From Salmo salar (lineage: Eukaryota): a DNA stretch of 64,000 nucleotides. Positions 27,001 to 39,243 of this stretch are shown in pieces; within the stretch, counting starts at the first letter, position 1, and each line of letters starts with the position of its first letter. The notes beneath the pieces are model-generated. The model ran no database searches. It was not told the origin of the DNA and saw only the letters and a list, made by a program, of their open reading frames with translations. The DNA lies in assembly GCF_905237065.1 (NCBI RefSeq), contig NC_059455.1:34096034-34160033 (forward strand), written 5' to 3'. Both the position numbers and the translations under genes were made by a program.

Positions 27001-27420
27001 CAATACTGCAAGGCAAACGTTGCATTCTATTGGAAATGAATGTACTTCTGGTGGAATTGCCCTGTCAAAACGCAAAAACCCTGTCAGTGTGATCGAGGTG
27101 TTAAGGGCATAACGTTATTTCAAGTGATATAAATCTGAACACACAACCAGCACTATGAACATTTAATTTAATGATACTTTCCTGTGGATATATTTCTCAC
27201 ATTCCTACCTGCAAATAGACTAACTGCACGGACAACCGGTAAATTAAGTTCAAATATAACTTTATTCAAAATTCTGGCTTGTAAGGTAACGTTATAGGTC
27301 GTGAGAGGAAACTTCCCTGATCCAAACGCTCATTTATGCCCGACGTTGAATCCAATTAAATTCAACGTCGGGTCTCCACTCTCCAACATTAATTTACCAT
27401 GAATAATAACACATCAACTA

Positions 27421-27626
27421 CCTTTTCGTCCTCGTGTCTTCTTCAGCTCGCTCTCCATCATTTGCCACTTCCTTTTCAGTACGTCAATATCTCGCTGGCT
27501 TTGGGTCATTTCCAAACGTATAACTGCACAGCTATCATCTACACGTTTGTTTATTTCGGCTACGGCTGCTTTAGCTAATACCTCTAGAATGGATACCAAC
27601 TGCGCCTGAAAATTGCAGCTCGCCAT
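27421..27626 (-). CDS. ZNF paralog C, exon 1 ('MASCNFQAQLVSILEVLAKAAVAEINKRVDDSCAVIRLEMTQSQRDIDVLKRKWQMMESELKKTRGRK').
   Basis: The ATG is at 27624-27626 on the minus strand and the donor is 'CGAAAAG|GTAGTTG'. Assigning it to copy C implies a roughly 6.1-kb TE-filled intron 1. Confidence 0.5.
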
Positions 27627-27768
27627 CTTGTCCTGCCCAAATTACAGATGTGTATTCTCTATGTGAAGTAGATAGTATAAAATGTGCAATAAACAATCCG
27701 TAGATGTTGATAAATGGCAACAATGTAGTGAGTGGGTAACTTGTGAGCAATCGCTTTTCCGTTCAATT

Positions 27769-27816
27769 CGTGACGTAAGTATTTATTACCGTAAATATAA
27801 GACTACAACAGCCCTT
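27769..27816 (-). promoter_or_regulatory. Conserved upstream module of ZNF-C, including 'tgacgtaag'.
   Basis: The module 'cgtgacgtaagtatttattaccgtaaatataagactacaacagcccttc' lies about 150 bp upstream of the ATG. Confidence 0.3.
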
Positions 27817-28466
27817 CACAATTGGTAGTATTAGCAATGGCCAGTAAATAACAAGGTATATTCTAGACTGCATGTAAGGTAGCAATATCTATTTACAAAA
27901 AATACGTTATATGATCAAAATAAAGAATTCGGATCGTAAAAACGTAATCTGTTTTTAAGTTAATAGATATGGCTACATGTAGGGGAGAGTGCAGTGCAAT
28001 GCAGTGGCAAACATGGTTATTAATGCATAAAATACTGTACAGTGCTTAATTTGAGCCGGTCCAGCACCTCCCTGTTTTGGACTGTTTTGTTCCGGAACCT
28101 ATTTGGCCGGATCTGGTACCTCTCGTGGCATGAAAAATAATTGTCAGTTGTATAAATTCTAATAAAAGCGATCGAAGTTCATTGAACTTAAATTTAAAAT
28201 CATTTGCCAAAGTTATAGAATAACTGCTGTCTGTTCAGAAATAAATGAAATAATTCAGAATAGCCTACTACACCATGAAAACAATTTAGCCACAGAGGAG
28301 CAATAGCTTTTCTTTAGCTTTTTTGCCAAATAACAAGGCATAGCCTATAATCACGAATGCACAGCATATCTGTCAGTGAACAGTATGCAGACAAAACAGG
28401 CCTGCAGCAAGGACCTCAACATGACAGCCACACATATGCCCAGGCTGTAAACAGAGCAACAGGCCA

Positions 28467-28960
28467 AACCCCCAATAATGCACCCGCCCAAGTGTAACAG
28501 GACCCTACCTGGGCTCGAACCAGGGACTCTCTTCACACATTGACAAAGCCACCCTCCGAAGCATTGTTACCCATCGTTCCACAAAAGCTGCAACTACTTC
28601 AAGGTCTCAGAGCGAGTGATGTCACCGATTGAAACACTATTAGCGCGCACCCCGCTAACTAGCTAGCCATTTCACATCGGTTACACTCACCCCCCTTTTC
28701 CGCAGCAACCAGTGATCCGGGTCACGGCACCAATGTAACAGTATGGCTTCCATCCCTCTCCTCGCCTCGAACCAGGGACCCTCTGCACACATCGACAACA
28801 GCCACCCTCCGAAGCATCGTTACCCATCGCTCCACAAAAGCCACGGCCATTGCAGAGCAAGGGGAACAACTACTTCAAGGTCTCAGAGCGAGTGACGTCA
28901 CCGATTGAAACGCTATTAGCATACACCCCGCTAACTAGCTAGCCATTTCACATCGGTTAC
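28467..28960. repeat. Two tandem copies of a roughly 250-bp tRNA-related unit.
   Basis: 28510-28690 and 28775-28955 share 'ctcgaaccagggac.ctct.cacacat.gacaa..ccaccctccgaagcat.gttacccatcg.tccacaaaagc...caactacttcaaggtctcagagcgagtga.gtcaccgattgaaac.ctattagc...ccccgctaactagctagccatttcacatcggttacac'. Confidence 0.4.
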
Positions 28961-28989
28961 ACAAGCTCCCTCCTGTGATCTAAGAGGTA

Positions 28990-30445
28990 TGTATCAGATG
29001 CTCAACATGCTCTGCTCACACCTACTGTAATGGTCCGAGCCTAAACACACAAAAACAACACTAGACACTATGGAACACAAAGCTTTTACTATCTCATCCT
29101 GGAATATACCTGGACAATGGTCATCTGCCTTTGGCCTAAAGAGCAGGAACCCAGACTTCATCAAATTAATTGGAAATACATACATTGTCATCCTACAAGG
29201 AACATGGTATAGAGGAGACGGACCCCCACTGATTTCCCTCTAGGTGACAGAGAGCTGGTAGTCCCATGCACCAAACTACCAGGTGTGAAACAGGGAAGCG
29301 ACTCAGGGGGTATGCTAATTTGATATAGAGCAGACATAACCCACTCTATTAAATTAGTCAAAACAAGAACATTAGACCTCTGGTTAGAAATGAATAAGGA
29401 AATGATCTCAACAGAGAAAAATGTCCTAATGTGTGCTACGTATATCCCCCAATAGAATCTCTATACTTTAATGAAGACAGCTTCTCCGTCCTAGAGGGGG
29501 ATGTCAACCATTTCCAGTCCCAGGGACATGTACTAGTCTGTGGCGACCTAAATGCCAGAACTGGACAAGAACCTGTCACTTTCAGCACATCGGGGGACAA
29601 ACACCTACCTGGAGATGACAATATTCCCTCACAAATGTGCCCCCCTAGACACAACTATGACAAAACAACCAACATAAATGGGTCACAACTACTGCAGCTC
29701 TGTCGCACGCTGGGTCTGCACATAGTCAATGGTAGGCTTCGAGGAGACTCCTATGGGACAGTAGGCACTCCTACAGCTCATCCTTTGGCAGAAATACTGT
29801 GGATGACTTCATCACTGACCTCAACCAAGAGTTTCTCAGAGTGTTCACAGTCAGCCCACTAACACCCCTATCAGATAACAGCAAAATCACAGTCTACCTG
29901 AACAGAGCAATACTCAATCATGAGGCATCAAAGCCAAAGGAACTGCACAATATTACGAAATGCTATAGATGGAAGGAAAGTAGTGTAGAAACCTACCAAA
30001 AAACTATTAGGGAACAACACATCCAATCCCTTTTAGACAACTTCCTGGATAAAACATTTCACTGTAATAGTGAAGGTGTACAATTGGCAGTAGAAAGCCT
30101 AAACAGTATATTTGACCTTTCAGCTTCCCTATCAAATCAAAAAATGTCAAGCAGACAACCTAAGAACATTTACAACAATGACAAATGGTTTGATGAAAAA
30201 TGCATAAACCTAAGAAAGAAATTGAGAAACCTATCCAACCAAAAACATAGAGACCCAGAAAACCTGAGTCTACGCCTTCACTATGGTGAATCACTAAAAC
30301 AATACAGAAATACAACTATCAATAAAGAAGGAACCAGTGCGTCAGAAATCAGCTCAATGTAATTGAAGATTCCATAGAATCAAACATCTTCTGGGAAAAT
30401 TGGAACACTTTAAACAAACAACAACACAAAGAGTTATTTATCAAA
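28990..30445 (+). mobile_element. L1/Tx1-like LINE 5' portion (apurinic endonuclease (APE) domain plus downstream linker), degenerate.
   Basis: The plus-strand frame reads '...HVLVCGDLNARTGQEP...PRHNYDKTTNINGSQLLQLCRTLGLHIVNGRLRGDSYG...' and 'NDKWFDEKCINLRKKLRNLSNQKHRDPENLSLRLHYGESLKQYRNT'. Confidence 0.65.
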
Positions 30446-31885
30446 TGACTTGGATACTACGCTTCAGGACTGTTTGCTAGCACAAACTGGAATATGTTCC
30501 GGGATTCATCCAATGGAATAGAGGAGTATACAACCTGTGCTTCCATTTGTAGTCTGTAATAGTTTGCAAGCCCTGCCACATCCGACGAGCGTCTGGGCCG
30601 GTGTAGTACGATTCGATCTTAGTCCTGTATTGATGCTTTGCCTGTTTGATGGTTCGTCGGAGGGCATAGTGGGATTTCTTATAAGTGTCCAGGTTAGAGT
30701 CCCGGTCCTTGAAAGCGGCAGCTCTACCCTTTAGCTCAGTGCGGATATTGCCTGTAATCCATGGCTTCTGGTTGAGGTATGTACGTACGGTCACTGTGGG
30801 GATGACGTCATCAATTAACTTATTGATGAAGCCAGTGACTGATGTGGTGTACTCCTCAATGTCATCGGATGAATCCCGGAACATATTCCATTCTGTGCTA
30901 GCAAAACAGTCCTGTAGCTTAACATCTGCATCATCTGACCACTTCCGTATTGAGCGAGTCACTGGTACTTCCTGCTTTAGTTTTCACTTGTAAGTGGGAA
31001 TCAGGACGATAGAGTTATGTGAGATTTGCCAAATGGAGGGTAAGGGAGAGCTTTGTATGCATCTTTGTGTGTGGAGTAAAGGTGGTCTAGAGTTTTTTTC
31101 CCCTCTGGTTGCACATGTAACATGTAAATTAGGTAAAACGGATTTAAGATTACCCGCAATAAAGTCCCCGGTCACTAGGAGCGCCCCCTCTGGATGATTG
31201 TTTTCTTGTTTGCTTATGGTCTTATACAACTCGTTGAGTGCGGTCTTAGTGCCAGCATCGGTTTGTGGTGGTAAATAGGCAGCTACGAAAAATAGATGAA
31301 AACTCTCTTGGTAAATAATGTGGTCTTCAGCTTATCATGAGATACTCTACCTCAGGTGAGCAAAACCTTGAGACTTCCTCAATATTAGATTTTGTGTACC
31401 AGCTGTTATTTACAAATAGACACAGACCGCCCCCCTTGTCTTACCAGAGGCAGCTGTTCTATCTTGCTGATGCACAGAAAACCCAGCCAGCTATATGTTA
31501 TCCATGTTGTCATTCAGCCATGACTCAGTGAAATATAAGATTTTACAGTTTTTAATGTCCCATTGGTAGGATAGTCTTGATCAGAGCTCATCCAGTTTAT
31601 TATCCAATGATTGCACATTTGCTAATAGGATTGATGGTAGAGGCAGATTACCCACTTGCCGTCGGATCCTTACAAGGTACCCTGACCTACGTCCCTGATA
31701 TCTCTGTCTCTTCATCATGCGAATTACGGGGATTTGGGCCTTGTCCAGTGTCTGAAGTAAAACCTTTGCTTCCGACTCGTTAAAGAAGCATCTTTGTCCA
31801 GTACGAGGTGAGTAATCGCTGTCCTGATATCCAGAAGCAATTTTTGGTCATAAGAGAGGGTGGCAGAAACATTATGTACAAATTA
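30446..31885 (-). mobile_element. L2-type LINE 5' portion (endonuclease plus linker) on the minus strand, with an 80-bp inverted piece of the same region at 30455-30535.
   Basis: The minus-strand frame reads 'TRSIRKWSDDADVKLQDCFASTEWNMFRDSSDDIEEYTTSVTGFINKLIDDVIPTVTVRTYLNQKPWITGNIRTELKGRAAAFK...'. The endonuclease (EN) reads '...LLVTGDFIAGNLKSVLPNLHVTCATRGEKN'. The 5' UTR homology with copy 2 ends near 31885. Confidence 0.7.
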
Positions 31886-32207
31886 AGTTAGAAATAACGC
31901 AAAAAAACAGTAGTCATCTCCTCCGGTGCCATTCAAATCTCGAGTGTAGATTTGGACTTGTGTTTTAGGTTATTGTCCTGCTGAAAGGTGAATTAATCTC
32001 CTAGTGTCTGGTGGAAAGCAGACTGAAACAGGTTTTCTTGTAGGATTTTGCCTGTGCTTAGCTCCATTCCGTTTCTTTTGATATTCAAGACAAAAAGTGA
32101 ATTTCTTTGGCAAATGTTTTGCACTATTACTTTAGTACTTTGCATGATGTACTTTGATGGTAATTAGCATTTTTCTAAACCTGAGAGTAAATAGAGCTGA
32201 ATATATT

Positions 32208-35200
32208 GATAAATCAAATCAAATCAAATGTTATTTGTCACATGCGTCGAACACAACAGGTGTAGACCTTACAGTGAAATCCTTACTTACAAGCCCTTAA
32301 CCAACGATGCAGTTTTAAGAAAATACCTAAAAAATAAAAAGTAAAAAAAGTAAGAGATAAGAAAAACAAATAATTGAAGAGCAGCAGAAAATAACAATAG
32401 CAGGGCTATATACAGGGGGTACCGGTACAGAGTCAATGTGTCAATGTGCGGGGGCACCGGTGTCGAGGTATTTGAGATAATTATGTACATGCAGGTAGGG
32501 TTGTCAAAGTGGCTATGCATAGATAATAACAGAGAGTAGCAGCAGCAGCGTGGGGGGGGGGGGTTCAAATAGTCTGGGTTGCCATTTGATTAGCTGTTCA
32601 GAAGTATTATGGCTTGAGGGTAGAAGCTATAGCTGTAGCTATAGCTATGTTCAAGAGAAGCCTCTTGGATATAGACTTGGCGCTCCGGTACCGCTTGCCG
32701 TGCGGTAGCAGCGAAAACAGTCTATGACTAGGGTGGCTGGAGTCTTTGCCGATTTTTAGGGCCTTCCCCTGACACCGCCTGGTATAGAGGTCCTGGATGG
32801 CAGGAAGCTTGGCCCCTGTGATGTACTGGGCCATACGCACTACCCTCTGTAGTGCCTGCAGTTGGAGGCCTAGCAGTTGCCATACCAGGCAGTGATGCAA
32901 CCCGTCAGGATGCTCTCGATGGTGCAGCTGTAAAATCTTTAGAGGATCTGAGGACCCATGCCAAGTTTTTTCAGTCTCCTGAGGGGGGAATAGGTTTTGT
33001 CATGCCCTCTTCACGACTGTCTTGGTGTGCTTGGACAATGTTAGTTTGTTGTTGATGTGGACGCCAAGGAACTTGAAGCTCTCAACCTGCTCCACTACAG
33101 CCCCATCGATGAAAATGGGGGCATGCTCGGTCCTCTTTTTCCTGTAGTCCACAATCATCTCCTTTGTCTTGATCACGGTGAGGGAGAGGTTGTTGTCCTT
33201 GCACCACATGGTCAGGTCTCTGACCTCCTCCCTATAGGCTGTCTCATCGTTGTCGGTGATCAGGCCTACCACTGTTGTGTCATCAGCAAACTTAATGATG
33301 GTGTACCTTAGTAAGACTGACTATCCTACCGATCCTCGACTTCGGCGATGTCATCTACAAAATAGCTTCCAATAGACTACATTCAATTTGCTGAGTAGAG
33401 TATCACAGTGCCATCCGTTTTGTTACCAAAGCGCTTTATACCATCCACCACTGCGACCTGTATGCTCTAGTCGGCTGGCCCTCGCTACATATTCGTCGCC
33501 AGACCCAATGGCTCCAGGTCATCTATAAGTCTATGCTAGGTAAAGCTCCGCCTTATCTCAGCTCACTGGTCACGATAACAACACCCACCCGTAGCACGCG
33601 CTCCAGCAGGTATATCTTACTGGTCATCCCCAAAGCCAACACCTCCTTTGGCCGCCTTTACTTCCAGTTCTCTGCTGCCAGTGACTGGAAAGAATTGCAA
33701 AAATCGCTGAAGCTGGAGACTTACATTTCCCTTACTAACTTTAAACATCAGCTATCTGAGCAGCTAACCGATCGCTGCAGCTGTACATAGTCCATCTGTA
33801 AATAGCCCACCCAATCTACCTACCTCATCCCCATATTGTTTTTATTTACTTTGCTGCTCTTTTGCATACCAGTATCACTACTTACACACCATCATCTGCT
33901 CATCTATCACTCCAGTGTTAATCTGCTAAATTGTAATTACTTTGCTACTATGGCCTATTTATTGCCTTACCTCCTCATGCCATTTGCACACACTGTATAT
34001 AGACTTTCTTTTTTCTATTGTGTTATTGACTGTACGCTTGTTTATTCCATGTGTTATTGTTTCTGTCGCACTGCTTTGCTTTATCTTGGCCAGGTCGCAG
34101 TTGTAAATGAGAACTTGTTCTCAACTAGTTTACCTGGTTAAATAAAGGTGAAATCAAATTAAATAAAAAATGATGGTTTTGAAGTTGTGCCTGGTCGTGC
34201 AGTCATGAGTGAACAGGGAGTACAGGAGGGGACTGAGCACGCACCCCTGAGGGGCCCACGTGTTGAGGATCAGCGTGGCAGATGGGTTGTTACCTACCCT
34301 TACCACCTGGGGCGGCCCATCAGGAAGTCCAGGATCCAGTTGCAGAGGGAGGTGTTTAGTCCCAGGGTCCTTAGCTTAGTGATGAGTTTTGAGGGCACTA
34401 TGGTGTTGAACGCTGAGCGGTAGTCAATGAATAGCATTCTCACATAGGTGTCCTTTTGTCCAGGTGGGAAAGGGCAGTGTGGAGTGCAATAGAGATAGCA
34501 TCATCTGTGGATCTGTTGGTGCGGTATGCAAATTGGAGTGGGTCTAGGGTTTCTGGGATAATGGTGTTGATGTGAGCCATGACCAGCCTTTCAAAGCATT
34601 TCATGGCTACAGACGTGAGTGCTACGGATCGGTAGTCATTTAGGCAGGTTACCTTAGTGTTCTTGGGCACAGGGACTATGGTGGTCTGCTTGAAACATGT
34701 TGGTATTACAGACTCAGACAGGGAGAGGTTGAAAATGTCAGTGAAGACACTTGCCAGTTGGTCAGCGCATGCTCGGAGTACACGTCCTGGTAATCCGCCT
34801 GGCCCAGCGGCCTTGTGAATGTTGACCTGTTTGAAAGTCTTACTCACATCGGCTGCGGAGAGCGTGATCACACAGTCATCTGGAACAGTTGGTGCTCTCA
34901 TGCCTGTTTCAGTGTACTTGCCTAGAAGCGAGCACAGAAGTTATTTAGGTCATCTGGTAGGCTCGTGTCACTGGGCAGCTCTCGGTTGTGCTTCCATTTG
35001 TAGTCTGTAATAGTTTGCAAGCCCTACGACATCCAATGAGCGTCGGAGCCGGTGTAGTACGATTCGATCTTAGTCCTGTATTGATGCTTTGCCTGTTTGA
35101 TGGTTCGTTGGAGGGCATAGCGGGATTTCTTATAAGCTTCCGGGTTAGAGTCCCGCTCCTTGAAAGCGACAGCTCTACCCTTTAGCTCAGTGCGAATGTT

Positions 35201-36265
35201 GCCTGTAATTCATGGTTTCTGGTTGGGGTATGTACGTACAGTCACTGTGGGGGACGACATCCTTGATGCACTTATTGATAAAGCCAGTGGCTGATGTGGT
35301 GTACTCTTCAATGCCTTCGGAAGAATCCGAAAACATATTCCAGTCTGTGCCAGGAAAATAGTCCTGTAGTTTAGCATCTGCTTCATCTGACCACTTTTTT
35401 ATAGACCGTGTCACCGGTGCTTCCTGCTTTAATTTTTGCTTGTAAACAGGAATCAGGAGGATAGAGTTATGGTCAGATTTGCCAAATGGAGGGTGAGGGA
35501 GAGCTTTGTACGGAGTAGAGGTGGTCTAGAATTATTTTTCCTCTGGTTGCACATTGGACATGTTGATAGAAATTCGGAAAAACTGATTTAAGTTTCCCTG
35601 CATTAAAGTCACCGGCCACTAGGAACGCCACCTCTGGATGAGCATTTTGCTGTTTGCTTATGGCGGAATACAGCTCATTTACTGCGGTTTTAGTTCGAAC
35701 CTCATAAGATACTCAACCTCAGGCGAGCAAAACTTTTGTGCACCAGCTGTTGTTTACATAAATGCATAGGCCCCCACCCCGTGTCTTACCAGAGGGTGCT
35801 GTTCTGTCTTGCCGATTGAGTGTATAACCCACCAGCTCTATGTTCTTAATGTCGTCGTTCATCCACGACTCGGTGAAACATAAAATATTACAGTTTTTAA
35901 TGTCCCGTTGGTAGGATATACGTGCTTTCAGTTCGTCCCATTTATTTTCTAGCGATTGAACGTTAGCTAGCAGAATGGGGGGCAAGGGCAGATTAGCTAC
36001 TCGTCGCCTGGTCCTCACAAGGAACCATGATCCTTTGCCTCGAAATCTCTGTTTCCTTCTCCAGCGAATCACGGGGATCGGGGCCTGGTCTGGTGTCAAC
36101 AGTATATCACTCGCGTCCGACTCATTGAAAAAAACTATTCGTCCAGTTTGAGGTGAGCAATCCCAGTTCTGATGTTGAGAAGCTCTTTTCGGTCATAGGA
36201 GACAGTAGCAGCAACATTATGTACAAAACAAGTTATGAACAACACGAAAAAACAAACAAAATAGC
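32208..36265 (-). mobile_element. Near full-length L2-type LINE (EN, linker, reverse transcriptase (RT), C-terminus and a 3'UTR ending in an (ATTTG)n-type tail), pseudogenised.
   Basis: Minus-strand frames read 'MTPDQAPIPVIRWRRKQRFRGKGSWFLVRTRRRVANLPLPPILLANVQSLENKWDELKARISYQRDIKNCNILCFTESW...' and '[53 protein letters not shown]...[27 protein letters not shown]'. Further frames read '...VGLITDNDETAYREEVRDLTMWCKDNNLSLTVIKTKEMIVDYRKK...' and '...TRRCQGKALKIGKDSSHPSHRLFSLLPHGKRYRSAKS'. The 3' tail 'aaatcaaatcaaatcaaatg' is at 32215, and there are several frameshifts. Confidence 0.8.
33304..34168 (+). mobile_element. Nested 5'-truncated non-LTR retroelement (3' 865 bp) in plus orientation, ending in an A-rich tail.
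   Basis: It splits the L2 RT between '...HNFKTII' and 'IKFADDTTVVGLIT'. The host sequence 'aatgatggt' is duplicated at 33295-33303 and 34169-34177. The insert encodes '...KAPPYLSSLVTITTPTRSTRSSRYILLVIPKANTSFGRLYFQFSAASDWKELQKSLKLETYISLTNFKHQLSEQLTDRCSCT*' and ends 'aaataaaaaa'. Confidence 0.6.
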
Positions 36266-36489
36266 ATGATTGGTTGAGGGCCGATAAGACGGCAGCCCTA
36301 CCCATCACGCCATCACTAAAAGTCACCTTGTCAGAGCAAGATTTGGTTATCACAATGCTACGCCAGAGTAAGCCTATACGTAACACAGCTTTTATTTTAA
36401 GTGTTTCTAAAATCACCTATGGGAAAAATGAATGGTGGAACAACGATTGGAACAATTTCCCTGTTTGACCGCTAGGTTTTATGGGTAAT

Positions 36490-36775
36490 ATGAAACCTCC
36501 ACTGCGGGGCTCTATTATGTGACTTATTAAGCTAATCTTTACTCCTAAACTTATTTAAGCTTGCCATAACAAAGGGGTTGAATACTTATTTCAGCTTTTC
36601 ACTTTTAATTCATTTGTTTTTTTTGTTAGTTTTTTTTACATTATGAGGTATTGTGTGTATGCCAGTGACAAAAGCTCTCAATTTAATTGATTTAACGATT
36701 TAAATTCTGGCTGTAACACAACAAAATGTGGAAACGTCAAGGGGTATGAATACTTTCTGAAAGGACTATAGGTGG
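36490..36775. repeat. Truncated reverse-orientation copy of the 'tacagtgccttcagaaagtattca' repeat.
   Basis: It is the reverse complement of 26180-26470. Confidence 0.4.
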
Positions 36776-37989
36776 GAGCAACAGACTGATGGCTTGGACC
36801 AGGGAATTTAACCCCGGTGTCTAAGCAGGGTGCGTTATCACTAGAACACGGGCTCTGTTTGACTTGCATTCAATACAAATAAAAATCACCTGAGAATAAT
36901 TTCTTACAGTGTGGTTGAGTGGATAAAATTCCAGCGAAATGTACCATCTTACTGCCCCTCCTATTTCTAGTCCATCTAAATAAAGCATTGAAAAAATTAA
37001 GGTGGAGTTCCACAAAAAATATTCTCCATAGGCCCTTATATCAAGGAATATTTGGGATATAAACCATTTTCATTTCTAAACCATTGATTGAATGAAAAAC
37101 ACATTTTTGGGGGTTTTAATGCTGCCCTTTACATGCACTGAAACCCTCAAATTGTTTTCACAACACTCTCTTAAAAACACCAATATTAAGGTTGAAGAAC
37201 CACATTGGGTGTTTCAGAGTTCTTCATTTCTGTTTTAAAACACATTCTGTGCATTAAAACATTTATATTGGGTTTACATTCAAACACCCTCCAAACACCA
37301 GATCTCAGCTTAGGTGCTCTAATTTTCATGGTTTCATTACACAATCATGGTGTTTTGAGACTTTATATTTTTACAGTGTAGCTGCCTGCTCCATAGACCT
37401 ACAGTATTTACTGTACAGTGGCAACCCGTCATTTAGGGCAGGTGGGGCAGAGCCCCACAGGTTTTGAGCCCCACCGGTTTATTGCCTGTTTTGCATGTTA
37501 TTTTGGTATTAATACATGTCACATACCAGTTTGAAAACATTGTCACCCCCCAAAAATGTAGTTAATAAAGCCGCATACAAACATGGTCTCGTTTTTGCTT
37601 TCTTGAGTAAGGCAGGTCCAAAATGCAGGTGTTTCAGCCTAGCTCAGTGCTTTCTGTGGTGGTGGGGCAGCCAACGGAAAATACGTAGCGTATAGGTTGG
37701 TAATGTTCTCTGATTAGCTCAGTGTTCTGTCACTCACGGGGACACTACATCACCGCAAAATATACGGGGAGAGCTCATAAATTAAAGGTCATTGGCCACA
37801 AATAAAATGACGTCAAATCATGTTAAATCTACCGTAGCTTTGATTGGACTGATCCTGTCAACATCATACTTTCACAATCTTAGCTAGCAAGCTAGACAAG
37901 CAGTCATCATCATGAATCACGTCGACAATCTACAGGCAAATCCTTCTCAATCCTTGTCATATGAAGAACTAGTTATAGATAAAATGTAT

Positions 37990-38240
37990 CGGTGCTCATC
38001 GGCCATTGGACATTACACAACAAGTTGGAAATCGCAAATTCAACAATGAGTGGTTTGGAAGGAATCAGTGGCTAACTGCAAGCGTTGCAAAGCAATCACT
38101 AGCCTGCTATTCAGTGGAGTGGATGTGTGGTCCAAGTCTGGGTTTAAGGGTCTCTTTTCCAAGCTTAAAAGGATAAACGTTCAACACCATGGGCCAAAAA
38201 AGGTGAAATATATTGGCCATGCTGTCAAACCAGCATGACT
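37990..38240 (+). mobile_element. Possible hAT-transposase relic (a TTF-type zinc-finger-like N-terminus).
   Basis: The plus-strand frame 'NEWFGRNQWLTASVAKQSLACYSVEWMCGPSLGLRVSFPSLKG' resembles the 'FxxEWFxxxxWLxxSxxK...C' TTF-type motif of hAT and ZMYM1-like proteins. The fragment is short and interrupted by stops. Confidence 0.25.
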
Positions 38241-39243
38241 TCTGTCGCGTTCAAAACAACTGGAACCTTGGAACTGGGAAATCTCAGACTTCAGTGAGTT
38301 CAAGGCAACTGGGAACTCCGACTGGGAAAATATGTTTTGAACGGTCATCCAACTCGGAATTCCAAGTCGGGAGCACGGGCCTCTTTCTAGACTTCCGACC
38401 TTAAGACCACTGACGTCATGATTCAAACTTGTTTTTTTCCATAGTTCCCAGTTGTCTTGAAAGCACCATAAATCCAGAGAATGACAGACTTTGATGACAA
38501 AGTTTGATGAAAAAATTTGCCCACAAGAAGGATCGCCGTGCCACCTTCCTGTTCAAGTGAGTCCAAAAATGTATTGTATGCTGCTGCATAAATGATGTAA
38601 TGTGCCAGGGAGATATGTATACTGTAGCTAAGAAAGTAATACTAAGTGTATGTTGTGTAGTAAGCTGTTAGTAGCCCATGTGCCTCACCCTAATAATTTG
38701 GTCACTTTCCCCCTCATAACTTAACCTACTATTCTGACTTGGTGGTGCACATGTAGCCTATAGCATTCATCGACTATTGTAAGATCTTTTATTGTCTGCT
38801 TATATGCCCCCTTCATTTATTCTACGGTTCTGACTTGGTGTACAGGGAGAATACTGTAAGAACGGCCCATGTTCTGAATTCTGTTGCTGTACATTTCAAA
38901 AGTGTTGAACAAATAGTTATATAGACTATGTCCGTCTTAGCTCGCTCATTTATGTCTTAATCAAAATTACGGATTGCCTCTTATCTGCTTGTCCTCCCGT
39001 TATGCCATAGTTTGTACATCTCAATTGTCAGTAGAAACCACATTTATTTAAGCAAGTCTGCCATATCAGATATGTTTTTTTAAAACGCAGTAAATGAGGC
39101 TGAATGAACAATTTCGCTGCCAGATAATGTTCCGCTGATAGCCAGGTGTAGCAGTGGTAATGATTCACTCCATGGTGCTGAAAAGAAAGCTCTGCTGTTG
39201 GGACAGCTTTATCTGGACCCTAACTGTTATACCCTGATCTGTT

